From NCBI GenBank assembly GCA_011109175.1, contig RDEW01000019.1:993701-1057700 (forward strand): a DNA stretch of 64,000 bases. The letters run 5' to 3'. Positions 38,703 through 52,341 of this stretch are shown one piece after another. Made by a program: the position numbers and the translations under genes. The notes beneath the pieces were generated by a model. It was not told where the DNA came from. It ran no database searches and saw nothing but the letters and a program-made list of their open reading frames with translations. Each line of letters starts with the position of its first letter. Within the stretch, counting starts at the first letter, position 1. This stretch comes from Dicyema japonicum. Its lineage: Eukaryota > Animalia > Dicyemida.

Positions 38703-39436
38703 TAAAGTACTTCATAACTGAATAATTGATATTAGAACATCAGAATTAATGTTCCGAAAGTCCATCAAAGAGTACTTGCTTGTTTGGATGGAAAATAGAT
38801 ATTTACTCTATGTGGAATGGGTAGATGTGGAAGATCTCTTAGAAGGATATAATTTAATTCCACACTTTCTACTTAATAGCTTAGCTATTTTGTTTGACTT
38901 GTAATGATTTTATCATGAAAACGATCTGTAGCAAATGTCAATAAATATTACAAAAATTTGTTATAAATCTTATTAGTTAAGTATGTAATTAATTGGTTAG
39001 AATTTGAAGTCCAAAAATCAACTATCAAAAAATAAAAAAAAGTATTCATTTAACTTTGATTTGAAATTTTATCAAACTAGTACTACTTATTAAATAATTC
39101 ATACTTAATGATTAGAGAATAACGGAATTAGTTAACGAATCATTAGTTTGTTAATTATTTGGGGGAACATCCCAAGGAAATGTGATGGGACAAAAGGTTG
39201 TGCTAGGCATTATGAAGGGACGCACCGTTCTACCTTGTGTTCGTCCCTGATAAATGTTTAATATTGATGATATGTCATCTATAATCAGATAATATAGGAA
39301 CCTGTCTCACATATTACATCATTCATAATGTAATGTGATGCTTCGCTAAAATCTCTCATTTCATTAGAGCAATAATCAATAATTTTAGTATCATTTGAGT
39401 TACCACGTCTGTCTATGACAAATGAATCACCCTTCA

Positions 39437-39976
39437 TTAAATCTGAACAATTATTATAAAGTTACTATAGATTAATTCTTGCTCCTGATCATCGTTAATT
39501 TCAACTACAGAAGCAGAATATTGTCCACATACTGCATTAATATGTTTTAATTCAGTAAATGAATGATTGACGATATATCCTCTCCCATTATGTATATAAT
39601 AAGTAACATGGTTTCCCTGTGCAAAAATCGATATATCTGTCCTCTGAGGAGTAAGAGAAATTCCTTGAGGCACATAATGATTAAAATCAAGAATAATGTT
39701 ATCTAAATAATATGTATTAATACCTTTTTCGCATACAAATACTAATTCTTCGAATAATTGTCGAAAAGTCATGACTCCTTGACAATATTTAACACCAATG
39801 CGAGAAGCAAAATTCATGTCGTACAGTCCACTAAAGTTCAAATACGGCTAAAATTCTTGATTAACAAAAACCATGTCTCTATTATCGTTTAAAGAAAATC
39901 TTCCGTAATGGTATTTTCCTTGAATCCAAAAGTCATTACGAATATAATCTATCAAAATACCAGAATCACTCACGAC
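39437..39976 (-). pseudogene. Intronless aromatic-rich open frame of unknown origin, one internal stop
   Basis: The 134-aa ORF (39437-39841) continues upstream in frame through a single TAG (39848-39850) to 39976. No motif recognised. Confidence 0.35.
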
Positions 39977-40467
39977 TCAATGCTAAAAGTTCATCAAAAT
40001 CGTTTATGATAACTGGATAATGACCGTTTGTACAAGATGTAAATATATTTCTCTTACCATAAATATGATATCCATGATTTCTATAATTAAAAGTTCTGTA
40101 ACATGCTTAAATTCATAAAGTAATATACTTGTTAAAGGGGATAGCAGCAAAGTGATAAAAATATTCATCTGTCGTCTATTATAAGATTTTTGTCTATATA
40201 TATATAAAAATAATTTCCTAGAAATCTCAAATATTTTCTGTGAAAAAATCGATAATCGAATCTTAATATCTGATTTACTTGTTCTTGTTGAAAAATGGTC
40301 TAAAATTATATTATCCCTCACTAATTTATTAGGATATTCTTCTATTTAGTGAGAATTGAACAGTAAATAAAAATCCAAGGAATTTCAAGAATTTATGGTT
40401 TTCATTCACACATTCACAAAATAAGATTTTTTTTATGTCGGATTTCATTCACACATTCACAAAAATA

Positions 40468-40628
40468 GCCTGTTTTTCACGTGTTTCATTTATGTTCCTT
40501 TAAGTCTATGGGAAGCCTGTTTTTCACGTGTTTCATTTATGTTTCTTTAAGTCTATGGGAAGCCTGTTTTTCACGTGTTTTATTTATGTTCCTTTAAGTC
40601 TATGGGAAGCCTGTTTTTCACGTGTTCC
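40468..40628. repeat. 47-bp minisatellite, ~3.4 copies
   Basis: GCCTGTTTTTCACGTGTTTCATTTATGTTCCTTTAAGTCTATGGGAA at 40468, 40515, 40562 and 40609. Confidence 0.9.
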
Positions 40629-41139
40629 ATAGTATTATTTATTTCAAAACCCCAAGACCACCAAAAAAGAAAGAATTAATTTGCTAAATTAAGTGATCTG
40701 ATGAACCCAAATATTGAAAAATTTGTGTCTAATTTTTTCAAAATTATTGTTCATATGTTCACATTAATTATCAAATTTTTTATTTCCAACTCGTTCCCAT
40801 ATAGGTTTTCCCGGTGGGCGATATTTTTTAAAAGTTTGTTAAAGGAGGCGATGTTCTGAATTAATTTGGGAACCATTTATCTACATAAACAATATATTGA
40901 GTATTTAAATCTTTTTTTCTTTCTTCTGGTTCATTCAGAATAAACCACTTTTTCCAGTAGATTTATTAACTTTTTTTGTATTTTTAGTAAGACGTTTTAT
41001 AAGGTAGGATATTTAGTAGACAGATTAGTTACTCTTTACTAAACCGAGTGTTTTCTTTTCTTCTGGTTGGTCTCTTCTAGATGCATATCACTTTACATAA
41101 TTTTGTTCTCTTTTTAAATCTTTCAATTCATCTAAAATT

Positions 41140-42420
41140 TTAGTTGATGTGATGAAGTGCCTTTCTTGCACAAGATGTCTTCTTCATGCACTCAATTCCC
41201 TGTTCTCTATTGGAGCATTCAATGTAAGAGGACTAACATCACACGTAAAAGAACAACACTTATGTGCGGACCTCCAACGATATGGAATATCTGTATGCGG
41301 TCTCCAGAAAACTAAAGTCCCCAATGGTCAGGATGAAACAATGAACGGGTATCGAGTGTCCCTGTTGCCATCAGACTGCCGAGATTATGGAATGGGGTTC
41401 GTAATACGCATGGACGTAGCTGTGGCGGCTCATAGAGCATGTAATATCAACTACGCCTAGGAAACAACCGTAATACTACTCTATCGATTATCAATGTATA
41501 TGCACGACCTTTTTGGTGAGTTTGTGACGGTCCAAAGAATCCTCTATTGGAAGACACGGGCGCGGTAGGAGAAATGTATCTGAAGCCTCGCTGGTGAACT
41601 TCTTTGCGGCTGCTGCGGACATAGAAAGGACAAAACACCCTTCACATCAAAGACAAAAATGGAAAATTTGTGGGTAACCCGGAAAAAAAACAGAATTGAT
41701 TGCACGACACTTCGAAACACTGTTGAATAAAAAAATTAAGGACTTTCCCCTTTTCCAGGAAGAAGCAAAGGCTCTAAAAATCCCAATTACAGTGGAAGAG
41801 GTGGAATTAACGATAAATAAACTGAAGGAGAACAAGAGTGCTGGGGAGCAACTTTCCACAGTTTCAAAAAAACGATTGGAATACCTCAGGGTGATTCACT
41901 CTCTTTTTACTATTCATCATATACCTTGAATCTGCACTCCGTGACCTCCGTAAATGCTATATAGGAGACATAGAAGAGACATCTTATGCGGGTGATGTGG
42001 ATTTCGTATCACGGGACGAAACCGCACTCCAACAGCATACTAGAAAATGCACCTGAGGAGCTTGAGAAATGGTTTCTCAGTGTAAATGTAAACAAAACTG
42101 AAATTACGGAAATCAAAAGAGAAGACGATATTACTCATGAAAGATGGAGACGTACTAATAAGCTCCGCTCTCTACTAGGAGACGCTGAAGATGTACTAAG
42201 GAAAAAAACACTGGCAAATGCTGCAATTGCTAAACTGAAGAAAGGATGGCTATGAGAAAAAAAACTTGGAATTGACATCAGATGCAGGGATTACTACGGG
42301 GTTGTGAAACCGATCTTACTGTACAACGCTAACATGCGGAAGTTTTTTCACTTAACTATTAAAACTGGATTTGTTCCATAGAAGGCAACTAAGAAGCTTA
42401 CTCGGAATGGAGTGGGCACG
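41140..42420 (+). mobile_element. RTE LINE with two internal deletions
   Basis: SIGAFNVRGL...CGLQKTK...GMGFVI (APE); jump at ~41640 to IKDKNGK; jump at ~41848 from NKSAG to IGIPQGDS; YAGDVDF; LLGDAEDVLRKKTLAN. Confidence 0.8.
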
Positions 42421-44699
42421 TACTCGAAACAAGTTTTGTGAAATGCAAGGAAAATCAAATTCGACTAAGCATTAGTGACCTCATTGATCGTAGAGTCAGT
42501 GAATGGAATGAGAAAATCAGATAATTTTACAGTAGCATCTGTGAAATAGTAATAAAAATGATAAACTTGTTAGTTTGAAATGTTTTTAGACAAAAGACTC
42601 AATAAAAAGCTGTTGTTGTGAAAATTCGTGAGTTGATAGAAAAATCACCAGGATATTCTCTAATAACAGTCTTAATCTTTTCAACGACCTTCCTGATTTG
42701 AATGCGGCATAACAGTTGATGATAAGATAGTATTTTTTCAAAAACTCTAAAGTTAATAAATAAAAAATAAAAAATCAATAAAAATTTTGACTTTACTGAC
42801 CTAAAAAATTAAATTTTGACCTTTTTTGATAATACCCAAAATTTTGAGTTTTAACTTTATAACTTTTGATTTATATATTATTTTTGATTAAAAATCACAT
42901 TTTTATAGTTTTAGACAATTTTAAAGAACATATAAATTTTTGACTATATAGACAAAATTCGGTCTACAATAATTCATAGATTTTTTCTGTTTATTAGAAA
43001 TTTTATGAAATTCTAGCAAATTGGAAGTTTTTTAGTTAATTTTATATTTAATAAAAAACCAGAAACTGACAATAGGTTTCAATAAAGTATTCTGAGAAAA
43101 TTAATGAATTCTCTCCTCATTTGCTTGTTGACGCTTATAAGCTGTTAAAAGAAAACCTTAGAATTTGGAGTCTATATTGACTCTTTTCTGGTATAATCAT
43201 GTATTAGTATAAAGATGAGAGTCTTCCATGATAACTACGAAAAATTGGTCAAGCAAACATTTGCCTTAGTGCATGAAACCCAACAAGTAGTCTTATAGTC
43301 AACTAAAAGTTTTTTGATACGTTTGATATAATAGTCGTTTAACGAAATTGTTCTAGTCGATAGCAGAAAAGTAGACTTCAAGTCTTTTGGCTGTCGACAA
43401 GCTTATGTCGACCAAAATGCGAAACACAAGAATTATGACGCATACGTGTTTTTCACGTAGACTATAGTTTTCTAATCTGTAGATCTCAGCATGTTTTGAG
43501 TGATTGCACAATGTCTGCACAATGTCTGCACAATGTCTGCGGTCTTAAATTTTAACGGGTCATGTGGGTTCTTATATAAAATCCTGGAATTCAAAATAAC
43601 ATTTATTCAATAGATACGATAAGAAATATCCTTCAATTGGACACAGATAACTGGCACTGTTTTTACGTGAAAAATGATACTTTGCCTTCTAAGTAAAATC
43701 AGGTCCCAGAGATGCAGTAAGGGATATGCTATGCCATTTTCAACTACTCGGCTTTTCACGAAGAAGTGGAAAAAATCTGTTCAAGAATCCCCGGGTGGAA
43801 ATTGGCGGACATCGATTACATTGTTTGAGAACATTACGCAGTAAGTATAGTACTTCATTTCAGATTTAATCAACTCTGGTAAATGTTACCACCATCTCAG
43901 TCACACCGGTAGATGTGCATATACTAGAAATGGGGTTATAATATTAAATGATTGCTTTATGGAATGTTACCCCATCTGTCAGAGTATTCATAATATTGAA
44001 TGATAGAATTCCAGAGTAGATCTGATTCTCAACCTTTTTACTACATCCAGAATTTGGATCTACCCCCAAGGTATTTTTGAGGTTATTTTAGAACGACTCC
44101 CGAATCCAAAAGGTAAGAGTCACTATAAAGTAGATAATTCTTATTGTATTGGATCAAGGTGTATCTTCATTTTGCAGATAACGAGAAGTATCGAAGATTA
44201 AAGACAAGAGTGTAAAAAAAATGAGTGGATACTAGCGAATATAGAAAATATGTCTGAACTAGAATTTCTCAAATCCACATGTGAGAGATATCAAAGCAAA
44301 TACGATATGAGAAACGTATACTACATTGGTAACTTCCTACAATACAGAGGAACACTTCTGCTAAGAAATGGAATAATATTTTACACCAATTATCCTTTTT
44401 TAAAACGAAAAGCGATCTGCCAGATAGGTTTGGGGTACTAATAAGTTGGATAATTTGTCTTTTGGGAATAAAGATAATCTAATTTAACTGATAAGCATGA
44501 TATTGGCTACTTATATTAACTATAACTACTTATATTAACTTCCTTGGTTTCTGATGTCTTATGAGTCCTTCACTTGATCCGTTTCACGAGAATACAAGGC
44601 TTTCATCCACCATGAAGTTAAGTTGATATTTTGCGTAATAAGTACGCCTAGCCTCAATCTTCCTACCAACCAACCACTTGTAGCAAAACCACTGATTAC

Positions 44700-46500
44700 A
44701 GCCTTGTGTCCCCTTTTTATAAAGATTTTAATGCTAAACATCCAGCCTAGTTAAAATCACCTCCAGCAGTTTCAATAGATTATCCTTCTTAAACCAACTC
44801 ACCTCTCTGACTATCCTCAACAACCCCGGGAAGCACACTAGGACTCTTTACAAAAAAAGGAAGCATCAGCGTCCCCAGACATTACCTTCTGTTCCTTAAA
44901 CCTTGCACCGGATACATTATGGATTATTTTCCGACCACAATCCAATCATTATTCGAATCAAAAAAGTTTTTTACACAAAAAAGAGACTGTTCTATTTTTC
45001 AACTATTAAAAAGCAAAATGGAATGACTATTCAAAATACATCGATCAATCTCTACTAAACTTTGACATGAGCATATTCTCCTCAATATATATGCCATTAA
45101 CTTTTTGAACGAAATTATTCTCATTTCGTACCTTCTTTTCCAGGACAGAAAAATCAAACAAAAACTCTCAATGACGAAATATCAAAAAGGATTAGAAAAA
45201 CTGAAGTCAACAAATGGGACAAACTATAGTATCTTCCTTTCAATTTAAGAAATCAGCTCAGGCGATATGGAGAGAAATTAAACAATTTGGCCCAATATGA
45301 AATCATCTTAGATTCAGATGTCAGTGAAAGTTTAAAGAGGGTGAATTCTTCCATCTCATATGTGCCTGATTCTATCCCTGGTATTTTACTAAAACACCTT
45401 GGACCTATTGGGATGATGCAATCACAGTGATTTTCAACTATTTAATAAATATGAATACAATTTCAACAAGTTGGAAACTGTCCTATATACGCCATTCTTT
45501 AACCCTAAGTACAATCCTGCATCATTTTGACCAATCTCTTTACTATGAACTCAAAATTATTGGAAAAACTGATTCTTAATCCTATTACCCTTTCCTTTTT
45601 TTATTTTCACAACATGGATTCAGAAGGGGTTATTTAACTTCTACTCGCCTAACTTCCATCAAACAATTTATCATTGAAGGCTTTAACACAACTCCTTGTT
45701 ACGTCAAAACACTCATTTGTTCGATCGATTTACAAAAGGCTCTGTCTCAAGAAAAATCTTAACCGAAATTGTTTGCTATCCCCATCAAATATAAAACTTT
45801 CGCTTGCTAACTTTATCAATGGAAGATTGGCCTGGGTATATATGGATGGGACCAAATCAGTTTCAAAATTACTCCTAATGGTGTCCCACAGGTTCCCCTT
45901 TATCACCCGCCTTATTTAACTTATAAATGTCCGATTTACCACAAACCAATAATAAAGACGACTTCCTCATATCATTTGCTGATGACCTATTAATCTATTC
46001 CAGATCTCTTAAAGGCGTCAGAAAAACTACTAGAATACTTTCACAAAATTCAAATTTGGCTAAATTATTATCGACTTGATATATCTACCAAAAATCTTTT
46101 TCGTCCTTATTTACCTTAGACAAACGACTTGGACTGTGGATTTTTTTATCAACTAGACAAAAATACCTTTCATGAAGAAACTGAAATTCTTGGGGATCAC
46201 CTTTGACACACATGTCCTTTTCATCTCACGTCGCCAACATCTCTGGTGACTGCTCGAGAAAACTAGGAATAATCAAAACTACTTTCTGTGGCATTATAAC
46301 CCATTTGTCAAATTTTAGATAAACGGCATCATAATTTCGATTGTCTGATTCGAAGTCAGATATTTTATACTTTAAAACATCCGGGATGCTATTGCATACA
46401 TTTGCTGTAGAAGAAATAGAGCAAAAGAAACTTTTTGTTGAAAAAAACACTATAAAATTGGACATCCTGGTCGAGATAGACTGCTTTTTCTTCTGAACGA
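44700..46500 (+). mobile_element. Highly decayed APE-type LINE ORF2
   Basis: Remnants HGFRRG, PQG.PLSPALFNL, ISFADDL, LKFLGITFD. Confidence 0.65.
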
Positions 46501-46739
46501 TCTTGTTTATGGATTTTTCAGAAATGAAGTCATGTCAGTAATTAAATTCTGTCTCAATGTCAAGCAAGACAGCTTAGCCAGACCAGCGAAAACACCTAAG
46601 GATATCATTTCAGTCTAATATTAGATTTATTTTTTGATCTAATTGATTTGAGTGATTGTGCTGACGAGAATGAAAATTATGCCTGGCTTTTGGTTGTAAA
46701 GCTGAGATGAATGACTCAGGGATGGAAGAAAGGAGGTTA

Positions 46740-47050
46740 TCATCCATGGAAAAGGTTTCCAAGTTAGTCATTTGGGGGATGGTCGAGTGGAGAGCGTTTG
46801 AAAGATCTAACGGATGATAGCCTGGATATCTCCCTACCACATGGACCTTCATTTCGCATCCGCCTCTGACTCCAACACCCAGATGTAATGGACGAATCGC
46901 GCGAAATGTTTGCAATGACAGATCGAGAAGCAATCTTTCCAGAAAGGAGGCGGAAAAACGTCGCCAACTGGAATGGACGAAATCCACAGCCTTTCTTCTC
47001 CAACGCAGTTAGATTTGGAGAAAAATTAGTTTGCGAACCATAAGCAACGG
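46740..47050 (-). mobile_element. Third CRE RT fragment
   Basis: KKGCGFRP...FRRLSGKIASR...RPLHLGVGVRGGCE...LDLSNA. Confidence 0.7.
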
Positions 47051-47400
47051 TTCACAAAATCCAAAATTCTTCCGGATAGAAATATAGCTGGCTGGACAAC
47101 AGATTGAGACTCCCCACTAATGAGTTCACTTTTCTTTGTCCCTGCAAGTCGGTTATTGTCGCAACGAACACGATAGTGGTGGAGCAAGGCATTTAGAAGT
47201 CTTTACAGAAATCGATTGTAAAAATTACATATCCCCCGTCCTCTAGTATTTACTCCTAATATCTTAAGCCATTTAAGTCGGTTTGCTTTCTAGATAAATC
47301 CCATTTCCTATGCTCTATGGCCACTCTACGACGGTCGATTTTTTAATTACGAATTTTATAATTATGATATATTTACAAATAAATTTATTTGAAATAATTT

Positions 47401-50108
47401 AAATAACTAGCGTGAACTATTTAAATAACAAAGCGGGTACAAGATAATTAACGTCATGTGGTTCGCCATCTCTGGTGACGAAAACTGTGGAATATACTTC
47501 ACAGACAAAAGAACCATCCTCTACGTCCAATCCAAGAGGAATGTCCTTCTTGGACGGTCTCCCCACTGGCCTCTTTCTCCTGCTTTGATGGAAGCCCACC
47601 TAATGCTTTCCGGCGATGTGAACCCCAATCCCGGACCTCGAAAACCCATTATTTTGATTCAACTAAACATAAATGGAGTGAAAGGGAAGATCCTCGAACT
47701 CAGAAACCTCTTAAATAGGTATAATACTGACATTAGCTCACTCCAAGAAACAAGACTGAATCCATCTCCCACTCCCGTCTTTCCAAGCTATCTCGTCATC
47801 AGGCGCGACCGCCCAGCAGGGCGCAGTGGTGGACTGCTTATCAAAAAAGAAATTTTGTACGCAAACGAAACTTTTGTCAACCTCAAGTCTCCCGTCAAAT
47901 ATACAAGCATCGGAAACATATTGAATGTGTATGTTCCACCGCCCAACTCTTGCCCCTAGGAATTCAGGTTCTCCCTGTCAGACAACGACAAATCAAAAAA
48001 TATGTTACTTTGTGGAGACCTAAATGCAAAGCATCCGACATGGTTCAAGAACCAACCATGCGATGTCAGAGGAAACCAATTGTTATCGAATCAGGATGAC
48101 CTGATAAGATTAAACGACCTTACATTCAATACAAGGACTCCCTATAGAGCGAATGACAGGACATCGTCCCCCGATCTCACTCTTACCTCACCAAACATCG
48201 CAACATTAACAAAATGGACAGTGCTATACGAGACCAGCAGTGACCTTAATCCCGTTATGATTACGTGTGAAGGAAGGGTGTCAATTGTAAAAAAACCTGT
48301 TTTATTTACCGACTACAAAAATGTCGACTGGAAAAAGTTCTCAAATTTTGTCGACTATTATCTACTTGACTTTCATTTATCCAATTTCAACTCCATCGAT
48401 AAAGCACTACACTATTTTAATAGAGTGGTACGCGAGGGAATGAAAATTTGTACTAAAAGAAGGCCACTGACCTCAAGAAAGAATTTATACCCCAGAGCCG
48501 ATCCACTCATGAAGGAAAGGAATTATTTAAAAAGCCTCCAAAAACAATCCTGGAAACAAGATTGAGAATTCGTACATTAGAAAAAGAGATCAGGAACAAT
48601 GCAAAGAAGAAACAAGAGAAAGTTTGGAAAAACCTCATTTTCAATTTAAATCTATCCTAGCCCTTAAACCTAAAAGAGCCAGCTCTCCGATTGTCCTCTC
48701 TGTGGAGAACGTACTGAATATGGTCAAGGGTCAAAACTCGACTTATCCCTGTGGTCCGGACGGAATTCCTGCAATAGTTCTGAAAAACATAGACCCCTAT
48801 GCTATCATGGCCCTCACAAAAATTTTCAACTTTCAATCAACGAAAATTGTATTCCTTCCATATGGAAGCTATCAAACATACGATCAATTTTCAAACTCGG
48901 GCGACCAAAGGGATCACCAGCCTCATACAGACAATATCTCTCCTATGTGTTACATCAAAACTTTTGGAAAAGCTGATTCTTGAACTAATCAAACCATACC
49001 TTCCTGATGCACCTTTTCAACACGGATTCAGAAAAGGACACTCTACAGAAACGCATCTTACATGCCTTACAAATTTCATCAAGGATGGACTAAAGCGCAA
49101 ACCTCATCAGAAGTCTTTGTTATGCTCCATCGATATAGAAAAGGCTTTTGACACTGTCCCAAGAAAGCTTTTGACAAGGAAGATCTTTACGTCAAAATTC
49201 CAAATAACCTGAAAATCTGGATCGCTAATTTCCTAAATGGAAGAAGAGGAAGAGTAACTGCTGGAAAAACTAAATCAGTGACCAAGTTCCATCCAAATGG
49301 AGTCCCTCAAGGATCTCCACTTCCACCACACCTATTCAACCTATTCTTTAATGATATGCCCTCTCATACCAGTGACGATACTCTGGTTTTGACATATGCT
49401 GATGATATAATCGTCGCAGTCAAAGACCAGTGCGTTAATACTGCTGTTTACCGGATCAAGCTTTATTGGACGATCTGAACTGTTGGCTCGTTAAGAACAT
49501 TTTACATACAAGTCCCGAAAAGTCTTATACAACAATTTTCGCAACAAACAGAAGATTAACAAACTCCGCTCCATGTGTAACCATAAATGGAACTCAATCC
49601 CCACGACCAACTCGGTCAAGATACTGGGCGTAACTTACGACCGACTCTTGACCTTCAGCAAACACATCGACAACGTCATCTCTTAGGCACAACGAAAGCT
49701 AAATTTTGTTAAAACACTCCTTGGACAATATAAGGGGTGTTTCAACTCAAATTTGGACTCGCTCTTCGTGCAGTATATTCAACCGTCTTTAACTTACGGG
49801 TGTGCTGCATGGGGAACCAACCTATCAAACAGGAATATAGAAAAAATCAAAATCTCTTAAAAAATGGCCTTAAGGCTTTGCAAAGGTTTTTTTGGAAACT
49901 TCTAAACCCTACACCCTTTGAGGAATTAGTGAGGAAAACCGGAGCCTTACTACCCTCCAAAAAAGTTAGAAACCCTCGCCCAATCTGGAAATGCGTAGGA
50001 ACCCAGCAAGAACATAGCAAGAATGAGATGGCTACTCGAGGCGGCTGGAATCACCTGACGGCTATGTAGTTAATTAATTTGTCGGTGACTTTTGGTTTTT
50101 AATAATAA
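47401..50108 (+). mobile_element. Near full-length single-ORF Vingi/Ingi-like LINE with 2A-like peptide, frameshifted
   Basis: LMLSGDVNPNPGP (47600-47638), then APE (QLNING, LQETRL, YVPP, GDLNAKH, SPDLT), RT (QHGFRKGHST, IDIEKAFDTV, GVPQGSPL, YADDI, LGVTYD). No RNase H seen; stem-loop + (TAA)n end. Confidence 0.88.
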
Positions 50109-50169
50109 TTTGATGTGAGTTGTTTTAAAAAAGTAAGCACTACCACGTTGCCATAAGCACGTAAAACGC

Positions 50170-50525
50170 CTAGGGTTTCGCTCGTGCATAACACATACTT
50201 TATTTAAGTAAAGAACAGCTACTATAACTAATCGTAGAGGGAGAACCAAGGAATGTTTTTGCGATTATTGCGATCTCGATGAAGAAAACAATGCGTGTGA
50301 ACAATGTTCGGGTTCTTATTTTTCGCAACATAAACAAAGCCTTTACATTGCCCAGTTATTGCTGGAGCACCATCAGTGCAGATACCCACACATTTATTCC
50401 AATCCAACTTTATATCCTCAAAATATGAATTTATAAGATTGGAAATGTCGAATCCTTGAAAATTTATTCTTTTGAAAAAAGAATAATTTTTTTGGAACTT
50501 CGCGGAACCCAGGTGGGAACCTCTG
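50170..50525 (-). pseudogene. hAT (Buster-type) remnant, left arm
   Basis: TIR CAGAGGTTCCCACCTG and GICTDGAPAITGQCKG...HTHCFLHR; mirrored at 62669-63020. Confidence 0.75.
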
Positions 50526-50677
50526 TTTTAGAGTCTCACCTGAAACTATAGCAAAAGATAAAACTAGCTTAATTAATAAATGTGACCGGTTGAATACGAG
50601 CCCAGGTTGAATACGAGCCTTTGAAAACGTTGTAAAGCCGTTAGAAATAAATAATTTTTAATGAAAAATAAATCCTC

Positions 50678-51050
50678 ACCTGGGATGACCTAGTGACTTC
50701 ACATTCGTGGAAGTATGCCAGATCTTTGTATATAACTGAAAGAACGTATGCGTGTGTTCAATCGCTGGTAATCAAGAAGACTTTGGAGAGTATGATTGTA
50801 TCATGTAAGCACCAAGTCGACGTTTCGCGGCGTTTTGATAAACTTAATGAAGGAATAAAGGATATTTACTCTCCGTCTGATTATGAAGTAATTCAAGAGA
50901 AGAGTGTGAGCGAAGTGATGTCAAGATATATTGAGGAAAAGGAAAATGACCGTGACAATTGGGTTTACTCCCATAGTTACTCGAAAAAGGAAACGAATTG
51001 GATAGAGAACATCTTAATTAGAATTAACCTATTAATTATTTTTAGTGTAA
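50678..51050 (+). mobile_element. R4-like LINE 3' fragment (mirrored at ~62150-62516)
   Basis: TWDDLVT...YACVQSLVIKKTLES matches family A TWDGVV...YIQSVVLKRTLES. Confidence 0.7.
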
Positions 51051-51196
51051 AAAAAATTAAAATTATAAAACGTATAAAATTATTATTATATATGATTTAT
51101 GGATGATTTTAATTATATTGAAAATTAAATTAAAAATCAGTTAACATCATGAAATAAATAAAATACTTTACGATAAAAATTTATTTTATTGTTAAA

Positions 51197-51453
51197 ATGC
51201 CCGGTGGTGTGACGTAAAAATTCATAAAAATAATTTTAGAGATACTAATGGAAGTCCAGTGAAGAATCAATCGTTTGAGAGGAGACAAAGTGCAGAGAAA
51301 AAGTTCTTCGATTCAGGAGATTACAACATGGCCATGTCTAAGGTACAACCAGAAATGGACAGGGACTCGTTTTTGAAGAATTCGACTTGATCTCAGCATG
51401 CCACCCTTGAAAATATCCCTCACAACTCTTCCTGGAAATTTCCTTCCAGTTAG
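51197..51453 (+). pseudogene. ENSA: Endosulfine/ARPP19 copy with premature stop
   Basis: Exon 1 MPGGVT, 26-nt intron 51214-51239, KKFFDSGDYNMA motif; TGA at 51388-51390 where the other copy has GGA. Confidence 0.8.
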
Positions 51454-52341
51454 AATATTTGAAGCTTTTATGCTTATTTTGCTTTAATGTGCTTTGCTTA
51501 ATAAAATTTGTTGTTTACTATTCAACTTATAAAGTTATCTTAACTTTGTTTTTTCAGTAAACACTATGATTTGGTCTTATAGACGACTATAATGTTGTGT
51601 CTTTAATATAAATAATATTCTCTAATAGTGTAACGAACATAGAGCTTTGATCATTTACTTTTTTGTCTTAAATGCAATAACAGTGCCTTTAATAGACAAA
51701 TCAGATATTCCTTATAAGATATTAATTGCTATTACAGCTATTCATTAGAGTAGATTAGAACTGCCAACTCATCCTCCATATCCAACTTATGCCACTTTAT
51801 AAAGTGGTTAAAATAGAGTAGAACTATATCTGATACTTTGATTCCATGTTTATGTACAACACTATCGTTTATTCATTAATACTTATAATTCTTGAGGTAC
51901 TTTGAGACAACTACAACTCAGGTCCTAACCATAGAAGTAAATAAGAGTCGTAAATAAGCGAGAGTCCTCCAATAAAAATTCATACTTGTAACATTCAACC
52001 CTGTTTTATATAATCCTGTGACGTAATTTCAATGAGGGATATCTCATTTGTAATCCTATTATATACGAATATTTCTATTTTCAATACATTATATGCAATA
52101 TTGATGTAATGACTGAATGTTCCTTTCTACTTTTTTGATTTTCTGCATACTCAAACACTCCACAACATTAAGTGAAAAGGTATAACGGGAATTTGTCAAA
52201 AATAGCTCAAAATTATGGAGTTTTATAATTTATTGTAAATTCATATTTTAGTTAAATCGATTTAAAACGTAAATTTTAAAGTTCAAAAACATAGCTTTGG
52301 GGTCAAAGATTATAAGTCGAATACAAAGATAAATTTTATTA

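Noticed and set aside
43505-43540. 11-bp repeat x3 (CACAATGTCTG)
   Set aside because: Simple slippage repeat with no associated feature.
46610-46790. LRR-like string (NLETFSMDDNLLSSIPESF) fused to a CRE fragment
   Set aside because: LDLSNA and the following residues are equally explained as decayed CRE RT sequence; only one repeat.
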